A stretch of DNA of 63,400 nt, counting the filler, from Welwitschia mirabilis (Eukaryota), in assembly GCA_051453625.1 (NCBI GenBank). It is 10 parts of one record of this genome, joined end to end, with 100 filler letters (N's around TTAATTAATTAA, not from the genome) between each part and the next. Parts side by side here need not be neighbours in the genome. Positions count along the whole stretch, not along the records: positions 1 to 18,385 come from JBOZIK010000001.1; 9 more parts are not named here. One strand, 5' to 3'. Positions 1-14,659 of the stretch are shown here, in pieces. The notes beneath the pieces were generated by a model. The model had not been told where the DNA came from and did no database searches. It was given only the letters and a program-made list of their open reading frames with translations. Made by a program: the position numbers and the translations under genes. How positions within the stretch are numbered: the first letter of the stretch is position 1; the number at the start of each line of letters is the position of its first letter.

Positions 1-246
1 ATTTGAAGAATCAAAGGACATCATAAGAAAGGATAAGATTCATTATTACAAGTTATTGTTCCTAATATCAAGATACTTCACAAAGTTTTCTAACAAGGCA
101 TCATTTTCGTACTTCATAAGGAATGAAATCATGCCAGAATAAATTTTAAAAATATCACCATAAATATTTTCCAAACCAATACAGATAAGCAAGATACTTT
201 GATATTTTACAAGAATTCCAAGAAAATAATAGATTTGTTAAGAAAC

Positions 247-415
247 TGTTGGAAAACAAGAATGTAAAAAATCAGGAGGCATAAGATTTCCTAGAAGTAA
301 AATTGTATTTACTCTTCTATTATTCAACAAAGAGCTTACTTAAATGGCCAAGCACATCATTAGGTTTTTCATGCATTTCGAGACGTGGGACTATGGTGTA
401 TACTTAGACTTAACA
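247..415 (-). repeat. 3' LTR of Copia element
   Basis: TG...CA termini, adjacent PPT, similarity to 5334-5488. Confidence 0.75.
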
Positions 416-3400
416 ATTCCCCCCTCAACATGAGAATACACTCTCTTCCAAGGGAAAAACAGAGTGCCGGGGGTAAGACCTTAGGAATACAACTTACAAT
501 AAAACCTCTGGAAAGTAGTTGCCATGTGAGAGAACTATGTCATAAAAGAAGCAGTCGATTTACGGCTACACATCCCATACCGCATAGGCTTATTTTTGTA
601 CATTACACATCTTGTAATGCTAGGCCAAAATATGTACTACACATCCCATACTACTAGGCCATATTTTGTACTACACATCCCGTGGTACTAGGACTTCATA
701 TGACTCCAATCAAAGATGCAAAAGTCAAGTAAAGCCCATGATGTACAAAAGGAAAATGAATTTAACTCAATTCATTATTTGTCAATTTGATCTTGGATTG
801 AAATATTGGAACTTCTCTCGACCAAGCATCATTGTTTAAGTAGTAATTTTTGATTCTACTATCGAATGATGTACTGGTGCAATGACTTCATGATGTAAAA
901 GTTTCTTAATTTTATGAACCGACTCCCATGTACCATTTTCTACAAGAGCATGGTATTCTTCTTTTATGGCTTGGGCCCGTTGATAATGTAAAATGATGTC
1001 CTTCAAAGAAGTTGGTGTACTATCAAAAATTAAATAAAGCTCATTAACATCATTATCATGAGTTGTATACAAGCTATATTTGGTTCCAGTTTTACCCTCT
1101 TTATTGTGACAAATATCTTGGAGAGTAGACTTTGACCAAGTACTACAATGTTTCTTGTGGACAGTCTTAGCTTCTTTGGTCAGAGAACCTACTAAATTGC
1201 TATGAGAATCATGATTAAAAGTGCCTAAAGCATCAAATTGCTCAATTCCTAAAGGTTGTAAAGAAGTTGTACTAATAGAAGGAACTAGAGCAGGACTGGT
1301 GACTAGATCTTCCCCCTCAACCATAGGACATTGAGAATCTAAGGTTTTGGCTTGAGAAGCAGTGCAAGCGATCTCACACCTTTTGACGTAACCTTAAAGA
1401 TGAATAAGTTTACCATCTTTGTAGCCTTGCATAACCAGTTTATGATTGGGAAAAAAAAATATTTATTGAGTACTTTCTCATAGAGATTGAATGATCCTCT
1501 CACACCAAGGTGGAAAGTGATAAAAGATGCGACATCAAAGAAGCACATACAAAACATGAGAAATAGCCTGTGGAGAGAGCAATGTCAAGTTAAGAGTGAC
1601 TGAATCATAACCCTCCACTGGAACAAAAGTTCTATTTGCCAAATAAACCTGACTTGGTACTTTGACAAAGTCATTGAAATAATCATGCTGGTAAGTTATG
1701 TGACAATTAGCATTTGTGTCAAAAGTCCAAGTTTCATCATGAGATACGTACTCATTCATACCCACAAAGTTAGAATTGTTAAAAAATGCATTTGACTCAT
1801 AACAATCATCCTCATCAAGGGATTTTGACTCTTTAATAACTGCATTTGTTTTAGGTATAGATTTAATCTTATTCTAAGGTATCTAACAAAAGTCTAAGGT
1901 ATGACTACTTCTTCCACATCGTGAGCATTGATATTTATTTTTCGTTGGAGTTGCAGAATGCTGAACTTGCTTTTTGTTCAACAGAGTCCGATTAGACTCT
2001 TTTGCTATTTTTGCAAATCCTTACCCTTATCAGGATATGATGTCTTTAATGAATGAGAGTTATGAGAAGACTATTTATGTCTAGGAGGAGATGCACGAGT
2101 ACAAGAAACTTTGTAAGCCATATCAGAGGACAAGGAGTTTAAGAAGTTAAAATGAGCTTCTATAGTAATAAGATCCTTACTCAGTGTCTCAAAGTTCATA
2201 TTAGAAAGCTGCTTACTTCCATGAAGAGATAGGATGTAGCTATAAAGAAAGGAATCCTCCAAATGATAATAGATCAGGTTGACATAATTTATGTAAACTT
2301 TCTAGTTGGATCTATCTCAGCAACTTTGGTTTTAATATCAGTGATCTGAGCTATAAGCTGACATGTTTTACTCCTTTCATAATTGGAATAACAAAACTTA
2401 TTTCTATCAACCAATCTTTTGTGCACAGTAGTCACTAATTTTCACATGATCTGTGTGAGTTTATGATCAATGGCTTTCCATACCTTTTCTTTATTTGAAT
2501 CATAAAAGAGTAACATGCTCTTCTTTAAAGAAATCTATATCAAAACAATAAATCCACATTGTAGACATAAAACTCTTTGACAGGATCTGGAATCTACCTT
2601 TCGATGTCGAAGCCATGATGAAGATTGAGAAAGAGAGAGAGAAAGGTTGATAAGTTATGAGGTAAATTCGATTTCCAGAGGGGTCTTACTCCCATCCACT
2701 ACTGAAAAAATCGTTCTATCCAACACACAAAGAAAACTCGTCAAAACGCAAAGAGGAAAAATGGAGGATAATGGTATAATCACAATGCAAAAATAAAAGA
2801 GGTCACAACGCAGAGGTATAGTCACTATGAAAAGGAATTAATCCCAAAACTTTGAATAATCTATCCAAACCACAATGTGTGACAAGTAGGACAAATCCCC
2901 CCTAAACACCGCAAAGCCTACGTGCATGAGAACAAGCAAGGTAATTTTGTTAAAGAGTTCTTTAATGTAAGTGAGGGTAAATTTTAATGTGAAGGGGCCT
3001 AATTTGATTATTAGGTGATGAATATACAAATTTATCAAATTTAAGGCTTGCTCCCGAATCCGGGTAGTGATCACATCCTCTCCAAGGGTGATATCCTTAT
3101 CTCCTAAGGGAGTAAAAGGACCAAAAATGTGAATCACCCTAGCAGGGCTTCTAAGTCGTCGGCCAATTTCGGTTACCTCAGTTATATATCCCCCTTAAAG
3201 GAGAGTACCATACAATGTCAACGACCTACTTAAACTTAGTAAATTTTAAGATTGATTACACTTATAATTCCTTGTTAACTTGGTGATAAAGCCCAAATAA
3301 ACCCTACCACTGTGCCTCTAGTCTTTATCCAATATACTCTCGATTACTAAGGCATACCCGGGAATCTAGACCTCGGGGCGCTTGGGACGTTTCTACTTAA

Positions 3401-5333
3401 GAGAGACATGGCCCTCCATACGGCTCAAACTTCATAGTTAAGGTAGTTAAGACTGCACAATAAGCTCAGAGGGTAACGTAGCCTGACACGCATCTTTGTC
3501 TACATAAAGCTCCCCATGCCTGCCATCAATCAAAACCCATTGCCAGTGTAAAACGTGATGTGCCTAGGGAGGAAACTAATTTCCAATTTTAAGCTTAATC
3601 AAAAAAAAATAAAATTTTAGTGTGAGAAAGTAATAAAGGGAAAGAAAACACCTAAAACACATAAGGACAAGGTCTGATTTGGTATAGTTAAGCTAAGTGG
3701 ATCTTGCTTAACATCCCAAACTCAGCTTAATCTATCCAAATCACAAAAATTAGTTTAAGTGAGAGAAAAATCAAGTCAAGTGGATCTTGTTCCACATCCC
3801 AAACTCAACTTGATAAAAGAAAGTTAAGGGCTTACAATTAGTAAAAAATGCCCCAAAAACTTTTAAGTGCACAAAAACAATGCTTAAAAAAATGAGTTAG
3901 GAGCTTACAAGTTCGAAAAATTACCCAAAAAACCCAAAAAATTTGGGAGAAAAATGCTAAAAACTACCAATGTGCGCAAAACAAGGCTAATGGTTAAGCA
4001 ATTGCTAGCTAAATTACATATGCGTGAAAATGGACAATGACTAGGCAATTGTGCACAGAAATTGCATGTGGGCAGGTTTGAAAAGCAGTCGGCACAAATT
4101 TTAAGATTCAACTTCTTAGTTTACAGTCCAATGCCTTAATCGCAACACTAATGTTGCTTTGGTATTATCAGAGCCAAAGAAAATTAGAAAAATGATGATT
4201 TCGCTGTTGACCAGCCAACCGCGTACCAGAGGAGGCAAGGCAACCACGCACCAGAACAAAGCAGGCAACGCAGGTGCAACAAAGGGGTAGCAACAAGGTG
4301 CACAGAAGGCAGTGCGACGAGCAGCAGAGGTGCTAGAGGAAGGCGCTTGTAAGAGGAAGCGGTAGTTGACAGCTGGATGGCACAGGCAGCGACAGAGGCG
4401 CAGTTCAGCAAGCAAAGGCACGGACAGAAGATAGATCCTGCAGGGCAGGCGCAGGAGCAGGACAGGCCACGGGTGGATCTATCTGCAAGAAGACCTGTAG
4501 AGCAGGCACCGGCGGATAGCAGCTAGGCAGTGAACAGGTGGCGGGCAACCAATGGATCGATCAAAAAACCGGCGAGGAGCGTTAGGCGCAGGCAGAGGGA
4601 ACAAGGCAGATTAAGAGCGTGGTTCACAGGAGGTTCTATGGCGGATCTGGTAGGGCATCGATGGGCGTACCAATCGCAGGTGCTGGCAGTCAAGGAGGAG
4701 ACTGTGCACAGAGCAGCACCACACAAGCAGGAGTCGACGGGAGGCAACTGCGTTCAGGCGGTGATCGATGCGGACGTAGAGATGCAAGCAAACATCGCAC
4801 AGGTGCAAGAGCTCACAGAGGCATAGAAGAACCGTGACAACATGCAAGAACAGTAAACATGTGGCAAGAGAGGGCGCGGTGCAACAACAGACTGATGCAG
4901 CACGAGTGTGCAGGAACATAAGCAGGAAGCAAAATGCAGAGACTGCGCAGAGCAGGAGATCGGTGCACAGCAAGATCGGCGAGCAGGCACAAGATCCAGC
5001 TGCAGGAGACGGTGGCGAGCAAGGGAATGTAGGCGACGAACGCGCGCAGGCGGACTAGGTAGGCAACGACGCACAGGGGGTAAAAAATGGCGCCAGGCAC
5101 AGGCTTCATGACTCTGTCAAAGGCACCCAGCTGAAGAACCTTACAAAAATCTTCCGCTACTTTGGAGCCTTAAAAAAAAAAAAAGATTTATGTCTCTGAA
5201 AAAATAAATTTTGCAAGAAAGATGTTCGCAGGAAAAAAAAAGCAAAACAAAGCGGGAAAAAAAACATAGTGAAAGAAGAATGGAGGCCACAAGAAGCTCA
5301 AGAATGGCCAAGAAGCTCCAAGAACCTTAGCCA

Positions 5334-5488
5334 TACTAGGAGATAAGAATGCCAAAAATGGAGAGGCATAATATTTCCCAAAAGTGAAATTGAATTTCTT
5401 TCTTATTATTCAACAAAGAGCTTACTTAAACAGGCAAGCACACTATTAGGTTTTCACGCGAGACCACAGTGTATACTTAGCTTTAGCA
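5334..5488 (-). repeat. 5' LTR of Copia element
   Basis: Aligns by eye with 247-415; left boundary degenerate. Confidence 0.7.
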
Positions 5489-8450
5489 CTTGGATAAGGA
5501 TTGTCATACCCTTTCAAGGATTTCATCCAAGCTAGAAGCATATTCTTCTTGGAAATCTATTAAATCTTTCAAAGAACTATTTATTTCTTTGGAAACACCT
5601 TGCATCCTCCACAAAATCTGGAAACATGGATGCAATCATATTTTTCAAAAAATCAATAATTCTACTTTTCTATACTTGAGATTAAGGTTGCTAATTTAAA
5701 AACTATTACTTTTCATATCCACACTCAGAAGGTAAAAATTTAATTGGAGGTCAATTATCTTCTTTGGTCACTGAAGCATTGATCAAACAAGCCTTGCTTG
5801 GTTTCATGGATACCTCCTCAAAATCTTGTTGCTCCACATCATATCCCTATTTGTTCAAACTACCATACTAGCTATTGCATAGCTTATGACTCATGGACAG
5901 TGCAAAGACTATAATAGTGCTTTTATATCACTCAAGAATCACCTAGAAAAAGATGATTAAATCTTTTTTATTACTTTATTTATGTTTAGTTATGATGATG
6001 TACTACTTTGTTATAAGAATTTTTTTAGTTGCACTATCTTGGTACCCTTATCACAGGATTTTTAATCTTGTGCTCACTATGCATTATGGATATTTTTAAG
6101 GTTAATATCAACTTATTAGTTAAGGTTTCACAATCTTCCATAATGGTTATAACTAAAACATATGATAATACTATCAATATATTAAAATAGTGTAAGAAAT
6201 ATATGATAACTATAATAGTAACTAAATAATTGGTAATTATAATGTCAAATAACATAACCTACAAGTCATGACTTCTTATTGTAGTATTAGGAAAGGACCA
6301 TGAATGATAAAAAATCATTATGATGAACTAACATTAAAAAACTTCTAAAGTAAATCTTGCAAAAGGTAATTTAAGAGGTATTATAATTTCCAAAGCAAGA
6401 TATCATTAAAACTCTAATTTCATTCTTACATATAATGCCTTAGAAAGATGTGAAAGTTGTATCTTAACAATTGTTGATGACATGATATGTTTGCTTGAAT
6501 GCCAGGAGTAGCCCCTATTAAGTATTTTGTCGTAGGTTCAATTCCTAGATGAATGCACATAGACTTGTTTACTTGTCTTGTTAGTGTAGATAAGAGATTA
6601 TTTACAAGAAATGATTTAGTTGTCATAGGGATCAAGGTCCGTAATCCCAATTTAGAGTAAAAAAACTTAGTTTCACATTGGGAGGAATGATGTAAAGACA
6701 TCCTCCCAATGGACAATAGTTTTTCATTGCAAGACGTGTTTGGAATAATATCATACATAGTTAACATGATTTTATTAGAGTATGATTACTTTCCAACTAA
6801 TTTGAAGTTATTTTAATTGATATTTCATATTTAATAGCATTATTAATTTAATGAGTGAAGTCTAGAGGCATAAAAAGACAAAAAAACCCTTGACTAGGAG
6901 ATAATGTTAAAGAGTTGAAATTGGCAATTAAGTGGAATCTTAAGAGGAAATTGCCATGAGGATTATAATGGAGGTTGCAATTAATAATTAACATGTTGTT
7001 GTATTGCTTTTTATTTGATTGTAACTTTCTATTAAAATAAGAAGAATTTGACTTATAAACTTATGCTACAAAGGGGTTAAAGCACATTAAAACTATGTTG
7101 TGTTCTTGTTTGTCGTAATTTCCTTTTTGCATAGCTTTTTTTTCTCTTCATGTTATTCTTTTTTTGAAAAACCCCATATTTATACACTTTTGTGATAAAT
7201 GCATGTGTCATGTTGTAGGAATCAATAAGACTTGAAGCTACAATTTATAAAGATGAATTAAACCAAATACACCAGGCATCAAGCTCTATTTGTTATGTTC
7301 TAAATTTAACAATGTTATGTAATTTTCTACTCATGACTTTTACTATTCCACAATTTATCATAATATAAAATGGATGCATGCATACAAATATATTTGTTAT
7401 TATTGTTTTACTTATGTTTTCTTAATGTAATACATCTTGCTTTTATATGCATTATTAAGTTTCAATCGACAAGCCTATGAGATGTTAAGTAGCATTTTAG
7501 AATATTAACAATAACTTTTTCAACACTATGATAACATCCATTGGAATTTTTTACTTTGTCCTAAAACTTAGCTCTAAGATTTCTTCCTTCAAATTAAAAA
7601 AAAAATTCTAAAATTACATTATTTCTACCACATTTTGCTTGCAATCATTACAAAACTATGTCTATGCTTACTGTTCTATCTTCAACATCTAACATATATC
7701 ATTATCATTTTCATCTTGACACTTTCATAAGTTTCTATTAAATATATTAATTTATGTTAAATTTTCTAAATAGTCTTAGACATCCCCTTACAAAGCTGAA
7801 AACAATATTTGTTAAATGTTAAATGCATCTAATAAACTACTAAAGAAAAGTCAAATCTCAGACTTTAATATTGTCGAATAGTATCCACACCCTCTTTTAT
7901 ATTTCCACATTAACTGGCATTTGGTTTTGCATTTGATATATGCATAAAATAAAAACTTTTAAAAAATGAATCCTCGCTTCTAGTGGAAATAGGAGAGAAT
8001 CTCAAAGTGAGGTATTCGATTATTCTTATAATGCTCAATTAGCCTAGACACTTCAAAGCCTGTTTAACTTACACCTAGAACATTTCATACGTCTAAAAAT
8101 TTCATAGGTTTCTTGTTCAATGTCCATAATTGTTTCATTTCATTTTATTTGTGCACTATTACGTCCAATTAGTAAGTTATGACTGGTTCTATCACATTCT
8201 CCTAGTCCCTAGCACATCCATGATGTTTTGATATTTTCATATGAATGCTAAGATCCCTTTTCTTCCTTTCTTTGAGTTATCATTATCACAGGATCACTAG
8301 GTTATGGAGTATACAAATCTTTTATTCACAATAATAGCAGGCCTTGCTTTTGCATTCTTCTTTATAGTCTCCTTTAATTTCATAAAACACTTTTATAATC
8401 TTGTAATATTTCTCTAATGATAATGTGTTACATTTTTGTTTATTTTTACT

Positions 8451-8790
8451 TGATGCAGGCTAGAGTGGGGGTCAATTGCATGACGCAGACTTCTACTTTT
8501 ATCTCCTCCTCTCAATTTAATTTTATTCTTTTTGCGACTCTCTCTCTAATAATTTTCTTTTTTTCTCCCCTGTTCACTTTGAACTTCTTATTTTATAAGA
8601 ACAAAGTGTTGTCTTTTCAAAGGTCACACCCCTTTAAATGATGGCTGGTTTAGTTTAGAAAAATAAATCTTCTAGAACTTTCTGCAATTTCTTAAAGGGT
8701 TCTAGAAATTCCTAAATTAATTATATTTTAAAATAAAATAAATAATGCTAATGTTTACTTTTTATTTTAAATGGTGAAGCTCCTTTGTCA
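8451..8790 (-). repeat. Gypsy LTR (left)
   Basis: tgatgcaggc...ctttgtca, followed by PPT complement gatgcctctcca. Confidence 0.85.
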
Positions 8791-11700
8791 GATGCCTCTC
8801 CATGAATCTGCAATGGCTCTTGTAACTGCATCCATGTTGGGCTGATCTACTATGTAATCATCAAAACAGCTGGGAACATTCTATTGTCTTGGTGTAAGTG
8901 TTCCATTTATTGGAAGATTTTCCAATTCTTTTAAATTAGTAAAGTTTATCACCTATCCATGTCCATTATTTCTATAGGCTACAAGGTTTTTATATCAAAG
9001 ATATACTCAATCTCTAGTCATTTTGGGAATTCCATTCTTTATGCATTATTTCTAACCTGTTGAATACCTTTGACCAAATCCACCTTTCTATTCCTAATCT
9101 TGCTAATGTGTAAACCATAAAACCTCTCTTTTCTTACCTTAATCAAAGGTAACATCCTTTCATCCATGGTCTACTTATGTCTTCATCAATTCATATGAAT
9201 GAAGCAGGTGGTTATGAACCTGCTAATGAATCTGTTGCATTAACATATCTTGATGGTCATAAATAGCTCTGCTAATCTCAATTGGGATCCTAGGATGACA
9301 TTCAAACACTATCATAAAGGATGTTTTACCTATGCTCCTGTTCACTAAGTTGTATGCAAACTTTGCATGTGGTAACATCTTATTCCATTTTTGTGGTTGC
9401 TCTAAACACAAGCATCGTAGAAGAATATTAAGACTTCTGTTAACAACTTCTATTTGACCATCTATTTATGGACATGTTATCGTGTTAAACTTCAAATTCA
9501 CTCTTACTAGTCACTATGGTTTTCTCCAGAAATGCCCTGTGAAACGTATCTCTATCTAAAATGATATCATTAGGAAATCTAATGTAGCCTTATAATTTCT
9601 CAGAAGAAAAGCTTAGTCACATGGGATACATTAGTTGTTTTGTTACATGGTATAAATGTGTCATTTTACTAAATCAATTCACCACAACAAAAATGGCATC
9701 ATATTCATATTTGATGATAGGAAAACTAACCAACAATTCATGTTGATACTTCTCCATGGTTCTTCTATTACTGGCAAGGACTGACATAAACCTAATTTTT
9801 ACTATGTTTGTTTTGCTAAGTAGCAAGTAGTGCATTATTGTATAAATGTTCCAATTTGCTTTTTTAAACTAGGTTAGAAATATCACCTACTTACCACTTC
9901 TAGGATCTTATCATAGCCAACATGTTCTGTCATGGCATTTTCATGCTTTTCTTTGATTAATTGTTCTTGTAGGCTTTCAACCAGTATACATAATCGAACT
10001 TCCCTATATATCAATCCATTTATTAAGTGGTAGTTAGCTAGTTCTGCCCAGCCCTTTTACAAATTCCTCGAAATTGTTTCAAAATCTAGGTTAGTAGTAT
10101 ATTCCTCCTATAGATGTTGAAACTCCTCTATAGCAATACAAGTAACAACTCCACATCAATGACTGAGTGCATTAGTTGCCTTGTTGATGGATCTTTTTAC
10201 ATGCTTTAGAGTGAAAGTAAAATATTATAATTCCTTAATCCATCTGGAAAACTTGAACTTATAGATCTTTCCTTGGGAATTAATATACTCTAAGGCTCGA
10301 TGATCTGTTTGCGAGATAAACTCCATTGATAGTGAGTAGTGACTCCATTTGTGTAAAGCCTGAATTATAGAATAGAACTCCTACTCATATGTGGAATATT
10401 GCGTTTTTGTATCATTTAACTTCTAATCAAAGCATGTTATGGGTGTTCATCCTTGACTAAGTACTCCTCCAACTACACTAGTACTAGCACTCACCTCCAC
10501 AAGAAATGTTTTACTAAAGTTTGATAATGCTAACACAAGTTTCTCATAAATTTTTTGCCCCTATAACCTAAAGCTTTTGTCTACAGCTTTGGTTTATTGG
10601 AACTCCTTTAGTATTCCTATAAGAGTCTCCATCATGGGTGTATAATTCCTATAAAATTACATATAAATTTTTGATAAAAACTTACCAACCATAAGAGCTA
10701 CACACCCCATTGGCATTCCTTGGTGTAGGCCAATCATAAATAGCTTCAACCTTTGCTAGATTCATATTCAGCATGTCTTTAGAAATTTTCAAGCTCAAAT
10801 ACACAACCTCTTTCTAAATGAATTTGGACTTCCTAATGTGGACTAGAAATTTCTTTTTTGCCAACCTCCTTTATACAACATCTAAATCCTCTAAATGCTT
10901 TTTGCAAGTTCTACTAAAGGCAAGAATATTATCTAAAAATACAATAATACATTAGCTAATAAATTCCTTTAGTACCTTTATCATGAGTCTTATAAATGTT
11001 GTTAGAACATTTGTCTATTAAAAAGGCATTACCAACCACTCATATAGACCATCTACTACTTTGAAGGATATTTTTCACTCATCACCTTCTCGAATATGAA
11101 CTTGATGATAACCACTCTTTAGGTCAATCTTACTAAAATAAAATACATGTGACAAATGGTCCATGATGTCATCCATGTGTGGAATTAGAAATCTATAGCA
11201 GATTGTGATGCGATTTATTATCCTATAGTTTGTGCACATTCACCATTTAGTAACTCTTCCTTCCTCATCCTTCTTTAGTACAAAACAATAGGCACAGCAC
11301 ATGATGAAACACTCTCTCGAATCAATTTCTTTTACATCAATCCTTTAATTTTTCTTCCAGTATCTTCCCTCTCTGTTGGTATTATTTTATATGCTAAAAT
11401 GTTAGACAAAACTAATCCTGGGATAAACTCAATTACATGGTTAATGCTCCTCTTAGGTGAAAGCCCTTTTGGAAGATCCTTTACAAGAATATTACAATAA
11501 TTCTTTAGTGATTAGTCAACTTCTACAAGAACTTTTGCTAGCTCCTCACAATCATTTGGTTTTACAACTAAGGCAAATGCCTCCTTATTATTTGATATCT
11601 CTAGAGTTTCATTTTGACTAAACATACACATCCCAAATCTTTTATTTAATGCACTATCTATATCTTTAGTCAAAGGTAACAATCACAACTTCTTACCATG

Positions 11701-13286
11701 GTAGCACAGAAGTATGTTGTTACTCTTACCGTAATGAACTACTCTTGAGTAATATTGCCAAGTTCTACTAAGCAACAAATGACATGCATCCATGGGCATC
11801 ACATTCCATATTACTTTTCTCTCATATGGTCCAATTTTTAAGTTTACTTTGGCTCACTCTTAAACCTTTACTTGTTGTTCACTTTGTAACCATGAAACTG
11901 CATATGATTTGGGATGCTTCTCCATTGGTGAATTCTATTTCTTCATTGTACTCTTTGTAATAATATCTTTATGGCTGTCATAATCCATGATTATGGTTCT
12001 AATTCTATCACCAATGTGATATTGCATTAGGAATCATCGCTCACACTCAATAGGGCCTTTTGTCTTTTCTGTTTTCAAATAGTACACCATCATATTTCTT
12101 TCTGTGGAAGGCAAAATACCACTTCTTCCTTAGGTGCCAAATCTGAACTTGCTTCTTTTGTTAAACATTTGATAGATTCTTCTTGCACAAATTGGGCTCA
12201 TCGTGAAATACCCTGTGTGTCTTGAGCATGTGGGTATTCCTAATCCTGTGTTCTTGAGCATTATAATGGAAGAACTTACCTGGAAATGGTCTAAACAATT
12301 CTTCTCTACCTCATCTGAATCCTTGCCCATGCATCTTTGCAGATAATTGATGTACTTGTCTATCCTAATGGTTCCTCTTGCTTGACCATATCCAAAATCA
12401 TGCCTTTCTTGATGTCCTCTTCCTCAATTATCATTGCATTGACTTCTTTGTTGTAATTTGTGTTCTGATCTGAGGGCAAGCAGGTATGCTTCCTCCACTG
12501 ATATTAGATTTATCATTGCTAGTTCGTCTTGAATAGTAATTCTCGATCCTCTAATAATTCTAGATATGTGTTCCTCTGCGTCTTCAAATCTATCTAATTA
12601 GATGGAAAGCTGGTGAAACACCTCTACATGTTATTGTATCATCCTTTCTTCTTGTCTTAAATTCTGTAGTCTTTGGTAGAGAGTCCATTAATAGTGAATC
12701 GATAAAAAATTCTCCTTAAGCTTTAACCCCATCTTGCTCCATGTTTGAATGTTTATTTTGCCCTTCCTCTATCTTTCCAATTGTAGATGCTTCCACCAAC
12801 TTATGGTAAGGTCCTTCAACTTTATTCTATCTTTAGGTAGTTTCTCTAATTCGAAATAATTCTCCATCTCACAAATCTAATCAATCAAAGCATCTGGATT
12901 TAAATTTCCACCAAAATGAGAAACATCCATATGTAGTTTCTTGCCTAATTGCAAGATTTCTTGCAAAAATAATTGGTATCGTTCTTTGATATTATTCAAT
13001 GGATTTTTTACCATTGATAATCCCACTTCGTCATCACTATCATATTTCGTGATAAACATTAATGTTGGTAGGTCTCCATTGCTTCTACTTATGTTGTTAC
13101 TGCTTATAATGCATGTAACAATTCCTTCATTCCTACGTTCATTAGTTTCATTCCACATCTCATTTCTTCATTCCTATTATCATGGGTTCATCATAGAGAT
13201 TCTCTCTTGATCTTCTTGTTCATTTACTCTTTCATCTTCTACCATAGCAGAACTTCCATAACATCTTTACTTGTGTTGATAACATT

Positions 13287-13627
13287 TGGTGCAGATTGGA
13301 ATATGGAGGGCTAATTGTGTGATGTAGACTTATGCTTTTCTCTGCTTCTCTTTATCTAATTGTCTTCTTTCTGTTGCTTCTCTCTAATAATTTTCTTTTT
13401 TCCCCCTTATTCACTGTAAACTTATTATATTTATAGGGACAAAGTATTGTCTTTTTAAAGGTCACACCCCTTTAAATGATAATTGGCTTAGTTTATAAAA
13501 ATAAATCTTCTAGAACTTTCTGTAATTTCTTAAAGGGTTCTAGAAATGCCTAAATTAACTATACTTTAAAACAAAATAAATAATGCTAATGTTTATTATT
13601 TTTTTAAATGGTGAAACTCCTATGTCA
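13287..13627 (-). repeat. Gypsy LTR (middle, shared by both units)
   Basis: tggtgcag...ctatgtca. PBS-like sequence on its left; PPT plus internal 3' end (13628-13667, homologous to 8791-8830) on its right. Confidence 0.85.
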
Positions 13628-14580
13628 AAAACCTCTTCTTGAATTTACAGTAACTTATAAAATTGTGTGTTGGATGATATATTACTAGTTAATGTCAAAC
13701 TAATATCTCTTGTATAGCAAATGTTGTATATATTGTGCAGAAGAGTTTGAGTTTTTGCAGGTTGAAAGATAGAATTAAAATATGCACCAAAAACCTATTT
13801 AGTTGATTCACCCTCTAAAGGGATCGACCGGATCCTAAAGGGGTCAACCGCACCTGAAGCTATCAAAAAGAAAACTAGCTTAGATATATAATACACATAT
13901 ATATATCTAAAAGTTGGCCGAGATTTATTAAATTTTTTTGCCTTTCGAACGAGGCTACAAGCAATAAGGAAAATATATTTGCGTAAACGTTGACCATTGA
14001 CCAAAAGTCAATGCCTGTTCTCGGCCAAGAATAAGCATTCATTATGACTCATATGGAATAAATTCCATTACTTATTTTCTAACTTTCATTTCTTTTCTGA
14101 CTTTGAAGCATACTTTGCAATATACTGTATAACAACATATTTAACTTCAAATTCCTTTTTCACTCCTTGCTTCCCTCTAACCCTTTCTTTTCTTTTTAAA
14201 TTTGACATCAGTTTCTTAAAAAACAAGGAAGGCTATGTACAAGATGAGGAAGGAGGTGGTGACACACTTGAAGAGGATAGTGATGATCATCATAAGGCAT
14301 GATAAGACCCACTTGCTACAAGTTTAATAAATCCACTCTATTAAATTAGATCCTAAATTTTATGAAGATCCATTTTTGTTCCCAAATGTAACTATCATGA
14401 ATTCCTTACTAAGCTCAATGTGAAGTGAATCTCAGCATGCTTCATGTTATTTTACACAGAAAGCTTTACAATTCTAATCCCCTAATCCCTCTACTTTTTT
14501 CACTTTACTTAATAAGATATCATTTTTAATTTGATGTATTCTTTGTTTTTTTATATTAATAAAAGTTCCATTTTTCTTCC

Positions 14581-14585
<5 letters not shown>

Positions 14586-14659
<74 letters not shown>
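14586..14659. repeat. (AT)n(AG)n compound microsatellite
   Basis: Directly visible; runs into an N gap. Confidence 0.95.

Larger units (their letters stand above)
247..5488 (-). mobile_element. Degenerate, internally deleted Ty1/Copia LTR retrotransposon
   Basis: Similar ~160 bp LTRs at 247-415 (TG..CA) and ~5334-5488, both with tattattcaacaaagagcttacttaaa. PPT complement attcccccctca at 416-428. Minus-strand remnants: CCHC knuckle CSRCGRSSHTLDFC (1886-1927), protease-like WTFDTNANCHIT (1535-1765), RT start AIKEEYHALVENGTWE (836-1324). Many stops; no TSD seen. Confidence 0.8.
8451..13627 (-). mobile_element. Degenerate Ty3/Gypsy LTR retrotransposon, unit 1 of a tandem pair
   Basis: LTRs at 8451-8790 and 13287-13627. 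Minus-strand gag (HFGGNLNPDALID), protease, RT, RNase H and integrase (WNKMLPHAKFAYN) remnants in Gypsy order. Degenerate Met-type PBS near 13273-13284. Many stops and frameshifts. Confidence 0.9.

Noticed and set aside
4160-4175. PBS-like tggtattatcagagcc on the plus strand
   Set aside because: Has a 3 bp insertion, with no adjacent CA-ending LTR or plus-strand gag.
4116-5111. Cluster of overlapping Cys/Ala/Arg-rich ORFs on both strands
   Set aside because: Expected from high GC and low complexity; no recognisable domain.
5750-6770. Possible decayed plant-mobile-domain or transposase coding remnants
   Set aside because: No motif I could confirm by eye; needs an HMM search.
14225-14305. Acidic peptide EGYVQDEEGGGDTLEEDSDDHHKA* within the kinase insert
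   Set aside because: Too short and low in complexity to assign; could be a fragment but unsupported.
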